IMG/VR virus record: IMGVR_UViG_3300037393_000027
Coordinates: 1 to 53,682 of that record
Length of the DNA stretch: 53,682 nucleotides
Source: a virus
Lineage: Duplodnaviria; Caudoviricetes
Strand: one strand, 5' to 3'
Part shown: positions 27,312 to 35,364 of the stretch, one piece after another
How the letters are laid out: each line of letters begins with the position of its first letter
Position numbering within the stretch: the first letter of the stretch is position 1
The notes under the pieces: model-generated
The model's input: only the letters and a program-made list of their open reading frames with translations
What the model was told of the DNA's origin: nothing
Databases searched by the model: none
Program-made: the position numbers and the translations under genes

Positions 27312-27854
27312 TTAGTACTGACAGCCGCCGGTAGAGCTGATCGAGTCCATCAGGACGCGGCCGAGCGGGTCGAAGTGACCAGTGACCGACTTGCAGTTGC
27401 CGGTGTGGTCGTTGTTGCAGAAGTAGACCGTACCGCTCTGGGTTCCAGACTTGAGGCCCTTGGTCGGCGTCAGGAGAAAGTCGACAACCTCTTCAACGCC
27501 CCAGATGCCGCGCTCCATGAGCTTCTTCGCCAGTCCCGGCCGCGAGCTGTACGGCACGGCGGTCTTCGTGCAGTTGCCCAGCCACTGGGCTGGCCCGCAG
27601 GACGAGTTGTAGGCGTCCGTGGCGCCCTGGAAGCCTGTGCACTTGGTCTCGCGGGTGAATGTGGAGCCGTTCAGAGCCAGTTTCTGCGTCAGGAAGGCGT
27701 GGTAGTCGCAATTTCCCGGAGAAACGCACTCTTGTTCGAGGACGGTGACCGTCGCTACCCCGATGACCGGGCCTACAGACGCCTGATCGGCATGAACTGC
27801 ACTTGAGAAGGCGAGGAGGGTTGCCAGGACTGCATAAATCGATGTGTTTCGCAC
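27312..27854 (-). CDS. secreted Cys-rich protein
   Basis: GTG start after GGAG; signal peptide RNTSIYAVLATLLAFSSAVHA; 8 Cys in the mature part. Confidence 0.6.
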   Translation of the reverse strand: MRNTSIYAVLATLLAFSSAVHADQASVGPVIGVATVTVLEQECVSPGNCDYHAFLTQKLALNGSTFTRETKCTGFQGATDAYNSSCGPAQWLGNCTKTAVPYSSRPGLAKKLMERGIWGVEEVVDFLLTPTKGLKSGTQSGTVYFCNNDHTGNCKSVTGHFDPLGRVLMDSISSTGGCQY

Positions 27855-27943
27855 TGTTTTCTCCGCTACAGGGCTCGAAAATCGCCCGGAATGGGCGTTT
27901 CGAAGCTGATTTTTCCAACTTTTTGCGGAGAAGTCCATGGTTT

Positions 27944-28159
27944 TCACGATTTCACTGTGATTTTCGCGTTACGAGCCTCTTCTGATGGAATTCTCTCGAA
28001 AACAGCCGCCAAGATCATCAAACAGTCCCCGCAGAGGTCTCTTTCCACCTTCCCGGCGTCCTCTCCGAAGCCCAGAAGGTACTTCGAGATGACTAGGTGC
28101 CGCCCCGAGCCGTCCTCTGGCTCCTTCCCGCAGCGATCACAGTAGTATTTCGTGGACAT
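27944..28159 (-). CDS. Zn-ribbon protein
   Basis: YYCDRCG...DLCGDC; GAGGAGG RBS. Confidence 0.55.
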   Translation of the reverse strand: MSTKYYCDRCGKEPEDGSGRHLVISKYLLGFGEDAGKVERDLCGDCLMILAAVFERIPSEEARNAKITVKS

Positions 28160-28169
28160 GAACCCCTCC

Positions 28170-28403
28170 TCAACCCTCAGTCTGCCGGTATCCCGGCATC
28201 TTGTCAAGTAGTTCCGAGGCCGATCTTTTCTTCCGAAGGAAGTCCTGGGGCAGATCCCCGCGAGAAACGGCGTTCTTCATGATCTGCCCGACCCGCGAGT
28301 AGGTAATGCCGAGGTGTTCAGCGATCTCCCGGTAGGTGAGGGCATACCGCTTGCGCAGATTGACGGCCTCGGCGTAGTTCGGGCCTGGCGGCGGTCCGGA
28401 CAT
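28170..28403 (-). CDS. sigma70-region-4-like HTH protein
   Basis: LTYREIAEHLGITYSRVGQI. Confidence 0.7.
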   Translation of the reverse strand: MSGPPPGPNYAEAVNLRKRYALTYREIAEHLGITYSRVGQIMKNAVSRGDLPQDFLRKKRSASELLDKMPGYRQTEG

Positions 28404-28820
28404 CAGGCGAAGGCCCAGTAGATGAACTTGCCGAGGCCCCAGCCAAGGCAGCAGAGGAGAAACAGGATGACTCCGATTGCGGCTCCGCAGCCAACTGCCA
28501 CGAGCATGGCGCCAAGATGGCCCCTCATGGCGCGATCTCGGCCCGCAAATCGTCAACGTTCAGAATCATCTTGTCCTGGAACTCACGGATCATGTTCCAG
28601 GTGCGGTAGAAGGGGACCCAGGAGGATCTCCCCTTGCCCAGGTACATCAGCGACAGGCATGGCGACCCACAGTGCGAGCAGAAGGTCCCATGGTCAGTCT
28701 GCGCGAGCGGCGCCTCTTGGTGCTTCAGGATGCAAGTGCGCAGGCCATGGACATCTCGAAATGGCACCCTGCGAAAGACGGCGCTGCGCAGAACTCGACC
28801 GTTGCCCTGAAACGAAGTCA

Positions 28821-29018
28821 TCACACCAGCTCCATGTTGCAGAACCCGCAGGCCGGACAGCACCAATCGCCGCGCTCTCCAAGCTCGTCAGCGGCCTGCT
28901 CAGCCAGCTCCACCGTGGTCAGGTGCCCGCAGTCGTCGCAAAGCAGGCGGGTGTCGTCGGGGATCTCGTCGTTTCTTAGGGAGTCAATCATGGACGCCTC
29001 GTAGTGCAGTAGGTCCAA
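28821..29018 (-). CDS. small Zn-ribbon protein
   Basis: CDDCG...CPACG. Confidence 0.45.
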   Translation of the reverse strand: MDLLHYEASMIDSLRNDEIPDDTRLLCDDCGHLTTVELAEQAADELGERGDWCCPACGFCNMELV

Positions 29019-29332
29019 AGCATCTCAAGGTACCTCTTGGCCACGAAGAAGTTTCCACTCTCCAGCGCGGTCAGTGCGGTGTCGGTGAACCTGCTGACGG
29101 TCCCCATTTCCGAGCCATCAAAGTCTGGGTCCACACTTCCCCTGCTCAGAACGAAGAGAAACTTGCCACGCAGTAGGTCTTTCCTCGCTTCTCTCTCCCG
29201 AAGAATGCGAACGTACTCGCGATCCCTCGGCTCGCTACGAAGGCCAGTCAAATCAACGCAGAGCTTGCCTTCGAACTCGCGGGAGATGGTTTTCATTACC
29301 ACCATCCTCGATACAGGTGCGCCCAGAACCAT
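28988..29332 (-). CDS. hypothetical protein
   Basis: ORF in the operon; start uncertain. Confidence 0.4.
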   Translation of the reverse strand: MVLGAPVSRMVVMKTISREFEGKLCVDLTGLRSEPRDREYVRILREREARKDLLRGKFLFVLSRGSVDPDFDGSEMGTVSRFTDTALTALESGNFFVAKRYLEMLWTYCTTRRP

Positions 29333-29456
29333 TCAACCGGGATCGGGACCTTGAAGGCCACCTCGCGATCGTGCCCATCGCGGCCGAAGACGCGGATGTA
29401 GACCGGGCAGGGAGTGGTTAGCTCGATGGAGTCGGAATGAGGGACGTCGGAGAGGG

Positions 29457-29648
29457 TCACGACTTCTCCTCCGTAGCGTTGCAATCTCTCGCCGGCTCCC
29501 CACAGATCTTCCGGACCGCCGTGCTGGAGATGTTGAATGGACGCCTGCCTGGCGGGAAGCTGCGCCGCAGGATGCGCGAGATGGCGGAGTAGTTCAGCCC
29601 CCGCTGGCGGAGGGAGAGGATTTCGGACTGGAGGGCGGGGTCAGTCAT
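29457..29648 (-). CDS. small HTH protein
   Basis: ILSLRQRGLNYSAISRIL...ISSTAVRKI. Confidence 0.6.
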   Translation of the reverse strand: MTDPALQSEILSLRQRGLNYSAISRILRRSFPPGRRPFNISSTAVRKICGEPARDCNATEEKS

Positions 29649-29890
29649 GCAACCTCCTTATCCAACAGCGCCGGATTCCGCACTGACTTCGTCCATCCGA
29701 AGGCGCGGCAGGAGCCGCACCAGGTGCTCACCGTGAAGTGCCAGGGGTCTCGAACCTCTTGCCGATTCAGGCCAGCGCTACAATGCCGGCAGCGGTCCTG
29801 ATCCAGTTCGGGCAGCAGGGCCTCCATCTCGGCGATCATGTAGGTCGGGAAACCAGCCGCCTTGGCGCTCTGGATGGAGAAGAAGCTCAT
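29645..29890 (-). CDS. hypothetical Zn-binding protein
   Basis: CRHC...CGSC; starts just after a motif promoter. Confidence 0.45.
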   Translation of the reverse strand: MSFFSIQSAKAAGFPTYMIAEMEALLPELDQDRCRHCSAGLNRQEVRDPWHFTVSTWCGSCRAFGWTKSVRNPALLDKEVA

Positions 29891-29896
29891 GTCAAG

Positions 29897-29932
29897 AGGT
29901 TGAACCAGGACGAGGAGTTTGTCAAGGGGTTA
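29897..29932 (-). promoter_or_regulatory. TAACCCCTTGACA-type promoter
   Basis: TAACCCC-TTGACA-17 nt-CAACCT; the TAA is the stop of the upstream ORF. Confidence 0.6.
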
Positions 29933-30235
29933 AGCCAACTTCAGCAGGTGCGCGAAGGACTGCCGGACCTCGGCAAGCGAGGTCGTCGACCCGTCCGGCC
30001 CCATGTGGATGAGGTGGACCAGCTCATGGACGATCCCGCAGTCACCGATGGTGGCGTTCGGGCCGAGTTCCTTCAGCCACGCGATGATGCAGGCCAGGTG
30101 TGTGGCGGCGGGGAGTTGCGCCAGGAAGGCAGCGTCGTCCAGGGCGACCATGCGCTCGTGCTCTTCGCGGAGATCCTGGTAGGAGAGGGTGAAGCGGCGG
30201 TCGGGGTTCGAGGGGTCTGGGAGGTAGTCGATCAT
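29930..30235 (-). CDS. hypothetical protein
   Basis: Likely start MIDYLPDP just after tRNA-Arg (track start lies inside the tRNA). Confidence 0.55.
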   Translation of the reverse strand: MIDYLPDPSNPDRRFTLSYQDLREEHERMVALDDAAFLAQLPAATHLACIIAWLKELGPNATIGDCGIVHELVHLIHMGPDGSTTSLAEVRQSFAHLLKLA

Positions 30236-30252
30236 TGGGCCTCGGTGACCGG

Positions 30253-30326
30253 AGGGCGAGGAGAGATTCGAACTCCCATCCATGAGTTTAGGAAACTCAC
30301 GTTCTTTCCGGTTGAACTACTCGCCC
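30253..30326 (-). tRNA. tRNA-Arg(CCU)
   Basis: GGGCGAG/CTCGCCC acceptor, GTTC/GAAC D-stem, TGAGT-TTCCTAA-ACTCA anticodon arm, GGGAG-TTCGAAT-CTCTC T arm; 3' end reads CCG, so CCA is not encoded. Confidence 0.9.
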
Positions 30327-30330
30327 AGAT

Positions 30331-30408
30331 TGGCTCCCGTTGCGAGACTCGCACTCGCTTGCGCAGGGCCTTGCTTCCCTGCTGACTCGACGCTTCGTCC
30401 TTCGGGGA
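30331..30408 (-). ncRNA. atypical tRNA-like RNA or pseudo-tRNA
   Basis: GAC/GTC D-stem, GCAGGG/CCCTGC stem with 8-nt loop, GCGAG-TGCGAGT-CTCGC T-like arm, ends in GCCA; acceptor stem only partly paired. Confidence 0.55.
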
Positions 30409-30419
30409 ATTCAAAGAGT

Positions 30420-30494
30420 TGGTCGGGATTGAGTGATTCGAACACCCGTGTTCGTGCTCCCAGGGCACGCGCCTCGCCTCTCGGCCAAATCCCG
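30420..30494 (-). tRNA. tRNA-Pro(UGG)
   Basis: CGGGATT/AATCCCG acceptor, A73, encoded CCA, CGTGC-CCTGGGA-GCACG anticodon arm, GGGTG-TTCGAAT-CACTC T arm. Confidence 0.88.
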
Positions 30495-30501
30495 ACGATT
30501 C

Positions 30502-30538
30502 AGTATGCCGGCGGGGTGGATTGGTTGTCAAGGGGTTA
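30502..30538 (-). promoter_or_regulatory. TAACCCCTTGACA-type promoter of the tRNA cluster
   Basis: TAACCCC-TTGACA-18 nt-CATACT, 7 nt upstream of tRNA-Pro. Confidence 0.7.
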
Positions 30539-30773
30539 CCTGGAGTGACTCGCGAACCCCGTCAGAGTCTAGCCAGGCGATCAGGTAGCGACACAGTACG
30601 TGCGCCTGCTCGGCCGTCAGATCGATGATGACCTCGCCCTTGCCGTCTTCGTCGCCACTGTCGTCGTAGTGAGCCTTCGTGATGCAGACGACTGGTTCGG
30701 GATAACCGGCAACGCACTGGCTCTCGACAGCAATCGCCAGGCCAGTTCCGTGTTGGTCTTCAAGGAGGATCAT
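30528..30773 (-). CDS. hypothetical protein
   Basis: Likely start MILLEDQHG; stop lies within the promoter motif. Confidence 0.45.
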   Translation of the reverse strand: MILLEDQHGTGLAIAVESQCVAGYPEPVVCITKAHYDDSGDEDGKGEVIIDLTAEQAHVLCRYLIAWLDSDGVRESLQVTP

Positions 30774-30927
30774 TTGCCGCCATCCGCCCACAGGACCACG
30801 TCCAGGCCGCCAGTGAGCCGCAGATCCTCGGCGGGGTTGGGAGAGGCCAGGTACTCCGCGTACGAGACTGGACGAATCTGGACGACGCGGATCGGTTGCG
30901 TCAGGAGGTTCAGGAGGTCGGCGGTGG

Positions 30928-31143
30928 TCATCCTTCGTCCTCCATCTTGAACCAGGTTGAGAGGATCTCTTCGTCGCGGATCTCCGTATCGGGCAGGGGA
31001 GGCGCCAGCGGAACGAAGTAATGCAGGTAGCGCCAGTTCGTCCCGATCTGCTTGCAGTCAGCGGCATGGACCAAGCGAGCGAAATCGCAGGACTCTGACT
31101 TGCAGGTCGGGCAGCGAACGTAAGAATTCGTGGTGTCACTCAC
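30928..31143 (-). CDS. small Zn-binding hypothetical protein
   Basis: GTG start overlapping the upstream stop; CPTC...H..DC. Confidence 0.45.
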   Translation of the reverse strand: MSDTTNSYVRCPTCKSESCDFARLVHAADCKQIGTNWRYLHYFVPLAPPLPDTEIRDEEILSTWFKMEDEG

Positions 31144-31268
31144 AGTCCGCGCTCCTTCAGGGCCTTGGCGATCTCTTCGCGGGCGATGCGGCGAGACTCC
31201 CTGATTACGGCGCCCCGCATGAGAAGGACGAATACGACCCAGGCGATGATGACGTAGGCGGTCCACAT
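31140..31268 (-). CDS. 42 aa single-TM membrane protein (not in ORF track)
   Basis: MWTAYVIIAWVVFVLLMRGAVIRESRRIAREEIAKALKERGL; GGAGG RBS. Confidence 0.55.
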   Translation of the reverse strand: MWTAYVIIAWVVFVLLMRGAVIRESRRIAREEIAKALKERGL

Positions 31269-31270
31269 GG

Positions 31271-31525
31271 CTACCCCTCCTCCTGCCGCATGTTCTTCGT
31301 GCTCAGCGACCACTCACGCATGCACCTCGCGCCACAGAACCAGGCGGTCAGCAGGGCTTCACCGCGACCGCCGGCAGCCAGCATGAGCGGCATCGGTCGC
31401 CAGCCTCCTCGAAATCCTCCTGGTCCGACAGCCACGGGCTCCAGTTCCAGCTTGAGGCGGTAGTCCGGCTTCGAGGACAGATCTGCTCCGCACTGGTCGC
31501 AGGTGACTATGGTCTTGCTTGGCAT
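31271..31525 (-). CDS. Zn-ribbon protein
   Basis: TCDQCG...FCGARC; AAGGAGG RBS. Confidence 0.55.
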   Translation of the reverse strand: MPSKTIVTCDQCGADLSSKPDYRLKLELEPVAVGPGGFRGGWRPMPLMLAAGGRGEALLTAWFCGARCMREWSLSTKNMRQEEG

Positions 31526-31542
31526 GGTGCCTCCTTCGCTCA

Positions 31543-31578
31543 AGAGTGCGGGCTGGGAGGGGAAATGTCAAGGGGTTA
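31543..31578 (-). promoter_or_regulatory. TAACCCCTTGACA-type promoter
   Basis: TAACCCC-TTGACA-17 nt-CACTCT, then RBS and ATG. Confidence 0.65.
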
Positions 31579-31624
31579 GGAGGACGAATACAGCCCAGAT
31601 GATGATGGCGAAAGTGGTCCACAT
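31568..31624 (-). pseudogene. truncated duplicate of the 42 aa TM gene
   Basis: MWTTFAIIIWAVFVLLTP*; ~50 nt imperfect repeat of 31225-31273, ending at the promoter motif. Confidence 0.55.
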
Positions 31625-31626
31625 GG

Positions 31627-31902
31627 CTATCTGAAGTCCTCCATGCCGAGCAGGGCTCCCATCGGGTCTCGTCCCGTAACCAGCCAGAAGACGAATGCGC
31701 TGATCGCCGCACCAAGGAAGGCGATGACGCCGAGGCAGACGCCGACTGCTGAGGGAGCGGCATGTACCAAGCTAGCAGGGAGGAACCAGATGGCGACAGC
31801 CAGGAGCACCCAGCCGCCACAGGAGATGAGGGCTGCGTCGCGGAACCACTTCGCTGCGCAAAACAGGCGGGCGCGAGGGGCGGACTCGGTCTGGGTTCTC
31901 AT
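31627..31902 (-). CDS. small two-TM membrane protein
   Basis: Two hydrophobic segments; likely start MRTQTES just downstream of a promoter variant. Confidence 0.5.
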   Translation of the reverse strand: MRTQTESAPRARLFCAAKWFRDAALISCGGWVLLAVAIWFLPASLVHAAPSAVGVCLGVIAFLGAAISAFVFWLVTGRDPMGALLGMEDFR

Positions 31903-31909
31903 GCTCGAA

Positions 31910-31945
31910 AGGATGGAGGAGGGGGGCGAGAATGTCAATGGGTTG
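31910..31945 (-). promoter_or_regulatory. variant motif promoter
   Basis: CAACCCA-TTGACA-17 nt-CATCCT. Confidence 0.5.
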
Positions 31946-32458
31946 GATGGTCGTCGACTAGTCCACGAGGGCGAAGACTAGTGCGGAAGCTATCGATCCA
32001 GGCGGATTGATAGGACTCGGTGATGGAAAACGGTGGGATTTTCGGAGGGGAGGCTACGCTACCGAGTCGCCGCTTCGCTTTCAGACCGGGTGGGTGGCCG
32101 ATGCGTCACCCCTTCATCCGGTTACAGCATGGGCCGCTGGCCCTGTAGAATGAACAACTTAGGTAGTGGTAGTGCTCTCTCACTTAGACGCTTCGATGAC
32201 TGTCTAACTGTTACCAACCTACCTAGGTAGCTAGGTGGTCGGCCTCTCGGTCCATTCCGCTGGTAGGTGAGATGCCACTTTCAAATGCAACATAATGGCC
32301 GTTATCGGCGGTGAAGTCTGTAAGTCGCATGGAATCAATGAGTTGTAGTGGTGGCTTACGGAGCACGTTGCATTATCGGGGGATACGAAAGGTAACACAT
32401 GGGGTTGGGACATTGCGGAATGGGGAAGAGCGGCGAGCCTATGTTACGAATCTACCCA

Positions 32459-32497
32459 ATTTGAACGGTTGTTCAAATCTACGAGATCTCGTAAATC
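32459..32497. repeat. adjacent palindromes (operator- or origin-like)
   Basis: ATTTGAAC-GGTT-GTTCAAAT at 32459-32478 and TACGAGATCTCGTA at 32480-32493. Confidence 0.6.
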
Positions 32498-32675
32498 TGT
32501 GGGGATGGGTGGGACATTTTGTCGCAGTTGGCGGATTGTGGGGATGGCGGGCGGACAGGGCTAGCTACGCCCCAGAAAACAAGACTCGCACTTACGCCCC
32601 CATTACTCCTATTACTGTATGTTTTCCCATACAGGCTTGACCGTCAAGTAGTTCCAGCGATAGCTTTACCGCACC

Positions 32676-33191
32676 TTGGGCGGCGAAACATCTAACCTGG
32701 ACGGGGCGGACCCTTTTCTTTCTTGTTCTGATTCAATTTCGATTGATTCTTCTGATTCCGATCTCGATCCCTCCAGTGCCGCCGACAGCCCGCCCTTCGA
32801 GCTAGACCCTGAGAAAAACGTCCAGAGCTCTGCCGCGTTTCGACGCGCGATGCGGAAGACTCGCTCTTGGCGCTTCGCTGGTGACGCCAAGCCTACGGAG
32901 CCACAAGAGGGTACGGCCGCAGCTATTCTCAGAGAGCGACGCCTGGCGCTCTCTGAGGCCGTTAAGCAGGCGCCTCCGGTCAGGAGCCTTACGGAATCCA
33001 GGGAGTCAAAGCTGGCGCGCGGTGTGCCTCGACACTTGGTTGACAGACCGGCGAAGCGTCCTGCGGTCAACGGCGTAACCTTCACCCTGGCTGAGGTGAG
33101 GAAGCTTGCGGGCCGCTACTGCACTCCGAGGGAGAGGCAGGTCGTTCTGGCTGTTCTGGAGAGAATGGCGGACGACAAGCTGGACAGATAA
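32676..33191 (+). CDS. possible hypothetical protein
   Basis: 171 aa ORF, TTG start, atypical composition, plausible helical C-terminus; flanked by the repeated palindrome. Confidence 0.3.
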   Translation: MGGETSNLDGADPFLSCSDSISIDSSDSDLDPSSAADSPPFELDPEKNVQSSAAFRRAMRKTRSWRFAGDAKPTEPQEGTAAAILRERRLALSEAVKQAPPVRSLTESRESKLARGVPRHLVDRPAKRPAVNGVTFTLAEVRKLAGRYCTPRERQVVLAVLERMADDKLDR

Positions 33192-33192
33192 C

Positions 33193-33211
33193 TTACGAGA
33201 TCTCGTAAATC
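33193..33211. repeat. second copy of the TACGAGATCTCGTA palindrome
   Basis: TTACGAGATCTCGTAA perfect 16-mer; 18 nt TACGAGATCTCGTAAATC identical to 32480-32497. Confidence 0.7.
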
Positions 33212-33294
33212 CCAGCTCATGGCGTCGCAATCCAGCCTAACCCCATTCCTCCCAGCACTTACATCCGCCTCAGCTTCCCCAAACTTTCTTCGTC

Positions 33295-33329
33295 TAACCC
33301 CTTGACATCCTGGCACGCTGTGCTAATCT
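33295..33329 (+). promoter_or_regulatory. major rightward promoter
   Basis: TAACCCC-TTGACA-16 nt-TAATCT with extended -10 TG. Confidence 0.75.
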
Positions 33330-33604
33330 ACGTTCACTGAGAGGGCGGGAGAGGCGGGCGGAGTCCTTGACATAGAGAGACGGAAGGGCGGATAAGCCCA
33401 GGTCGGAGGCACCCTACGGGCCGCTACGGTTTGGACTAGTCGAGAGGCTAGCGAATTCCTACAGAGCGGCGTACGGCGAGCGCTCCCTAAGCACACAGTC
33501 ACCTGGCACCCTGCGCTGTCTCGGAGTGGTCGAATGACCGCTAAGCACTTCACCTGCCAGAGAGGGGGAGTGCCTAGACGGATGTTCAACCAAAGGAGAA
33601 CGCC

Positions 33605-33826
33605 ATGATTGACGAAGACGCACGCGGCGATGCTCTCGGAGAGTTTGCGGACCAAGGGATGCGGATGCGGCGCGAGGAACGGCCAGAGGATTACTGGCTT
33701 GAAGACGATACGCAGGCACGGTGCGCAGAATGTGGACGAAGCTTCATCGCTACGCACCGCCCTGGCTGTCGGGATTTCTGCTCCTCGGACTGTCGAAACG
33801 CCTACATCGCCAACGATCTTAGCTAG
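33605..33826 (+). CDS. Zn-binding early protein
   Basis: CAECGRSF...FCSSDCR; AAGGAG RBS. Confidence 0.6.
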   Translation: MIDEDARGDALGEFADQGMRMRREERPEDYWLEDDTQARCAECGRSFIATHRPGCRDFCSSDCRNAYIANDLS

Positions 33827-33864
33827 AGGGCGGGCGGGAAACGAAGAAAGGCAGGGAGACGGAC

Positions 33865-34065
33865 ATGCGATACACCGCAGAAGACGCAATCAGGGCCAGC
33901 GAAGACGACGACAACCCGATCATCCTTCTTCCGACCGATATCGACGCAATCCTCCTGGCTCACGGTCACGAGCTGGCGGCCTACGAAGACTACTGTGTAG
34001 ACATGGCGCGACTCGGCAAGGATCGGACGGACGCAGCGCAGTTGTTCTTCTGGCTCGGCTACTAA
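33865..34065 (+). CDS. hypothetical early protein
   Basis: 66 aa, GGGAG RBS. Confidence 0.55.
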   Translation: MRYTAEDAIRASEDDDNPIILLPTDIDAILLAHGHELAAYEDYCVDMARLGKDRTDAAQLFFWLGY

Positions 34066-34129
34066 GCAGGCGCGGGCTCGCTGAGCCCTGGGAGGGGTGG
34101 AAACGCAGGGCAGCACGAAGGAGTGCACC

Positions 34130-34342
34130 ATGTTCGGAATCGTCACCCGCAAGACCCGTCACTTTCAGCTGTACGCCGCAATCGTCGCGGCCAACCTGGC
34201 GCAAGAGAACGCGGTTCCTCCCGGCCAACCCTCGGAACTCCTCAGCGAGACGTGCGAGCGCTCCTGGCGGGAGGCATGGCAAGCCCTTCGCCGCTGGGAG
34301 ATGCTCAACGAAAAGCCTCCGTACAGCTATCCGCGCCAGTAA
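34130..34342 (+). CDS. hypothetical early protein
   Basis: Likely start MFGIVTRK with AAGGAG RBS. Confidence 0.5.
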   Translation: MFGIVTRKTRHFQLYAAIVAANLAQENAVPPGQPSELLSETCERSWREAWQALRRWEMLNEKPPYSYPRQ

Positions 34343-34633
34343 CTGAGTCCGTGAGGACGTGCGCCGGAGGCAACTGCGGCGCATCCCTGACGGCCCCAAC
34401 AACAAGAGGAGAATGAGGATGGACACCCTAACGCACTCCGAGCTGAGCCTGCTAAGGGCGCTAGTGTCGGAAGCGGCAGTAGACGGAGTGATTGACAGCG
34501 ACAACGAGACGCGCGAGCTGCTGGAAAAGCTTGGCAGGATGCAAGCCGAAACAACCGAGTAGCCTGCCTCAACCCCTGGCCATCTCTCCGGACGTGGCCA
34601 GGACTGGACGCAGGACCAACGAAGGGGAGACCA

Positions 34634-34843
34634 ATGAATCCAGAAGATGTAGAAGAGAGCCGCGAACGTATCGAAGCGCGTTCGGCAATCAAGGATCACA
34701 TAGCAGAAGCGGCCCTACTAGCGCGCCATCTGCGGGATAAACAGCCAGCCGTGAGTCGCTCGCGCGATCTCTGGCAGTCCCTCTTGCTGGCGCTGGACGA
34801 AGCGGGAGACGCCGTGCCTTCAGAAACAAGCCTCTGGAGCTAG
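34634..34843 (+). CDS. hypothetical early protein
   Basis: 69 aa helical; GGGGAG RBS. Confidence 0.5.
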   Translation: MNPEDVEESRERIEARSAIKDHIAEAALLARHLRDKQPAVSRSRDLWQSLLLALDEAGDAVPSETSLWS

Positions 34844-35082
34844 CCCCATGTCACCTAACTGCCGCGACACCCTAGATTGCGCCGTAGTCGTCGTACTCAT
34901 CGCAGTAGTGCTTTTCAGCTTCGCCCGCTTGGCGGGGCAATAGGGGGGACCATGAGCGAACCGCTAGAAGTCTCAACGCGCCGCATCTGCACGAAGGGCT
35001 ATCCGACCTACGGCTATCCGGGTTACGTCGCCTCGGTCAACCGTCCGGACGGCGCCTCCCCGACTCCTGGAAGTGGTGAGCC

Positions 35083-35274
35083 ATGAGAGGCGAACGCTCG
35101 AAGCAACTCATCTCCGAAATCTCCGCCGCGATCGGGCGGGGCTCTTTCGGTGCAGCGAAGAAGCTGCTTTCCGAGCTACAAACCCTGAATGAATGGTGGT
35201 TGGTCAAGGCGACAAGCGAAGCGGAGGGGGTTCGACTAGAAACCCTGATTGCATTTCTCGAAGGCGACGATTGA
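35083..35274 (+). CDS. hypothetical early protein
   Basis: 63 aa helical. Confidence 0.5.
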   Translation: MRGERSKQLISEISAAIGRGSFGAAKKLLSELQTLNEWWLVKATSEAEGVRLETLIAFLEGDD

Positions 35275-35364
35275 TACCGCTCGAACCTTCACCCCAAGGC
35301 ACAACGCGCCATCGTTGCGTCCTTGAGGCGAGCGCTCAAGCTCGGCAAACTAAGGAGAGACGCC

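Noticed and set aside
30232-30548. ORFs 30232-30531 (-) and 30282-30548 (+)
   Set aside because: Overlap the tRNA cluster and its promoter
31627-31902. Two-TM protein as a holin
   Set aside because: No adjacent endolysin or spanin; hydrophobicity alone is insufficient
33364-33376. TCCTTGACATAG as a second -35 or boxA-like site
   Set aside because: No -10 at proper spacing and only a loose boxA resemblance
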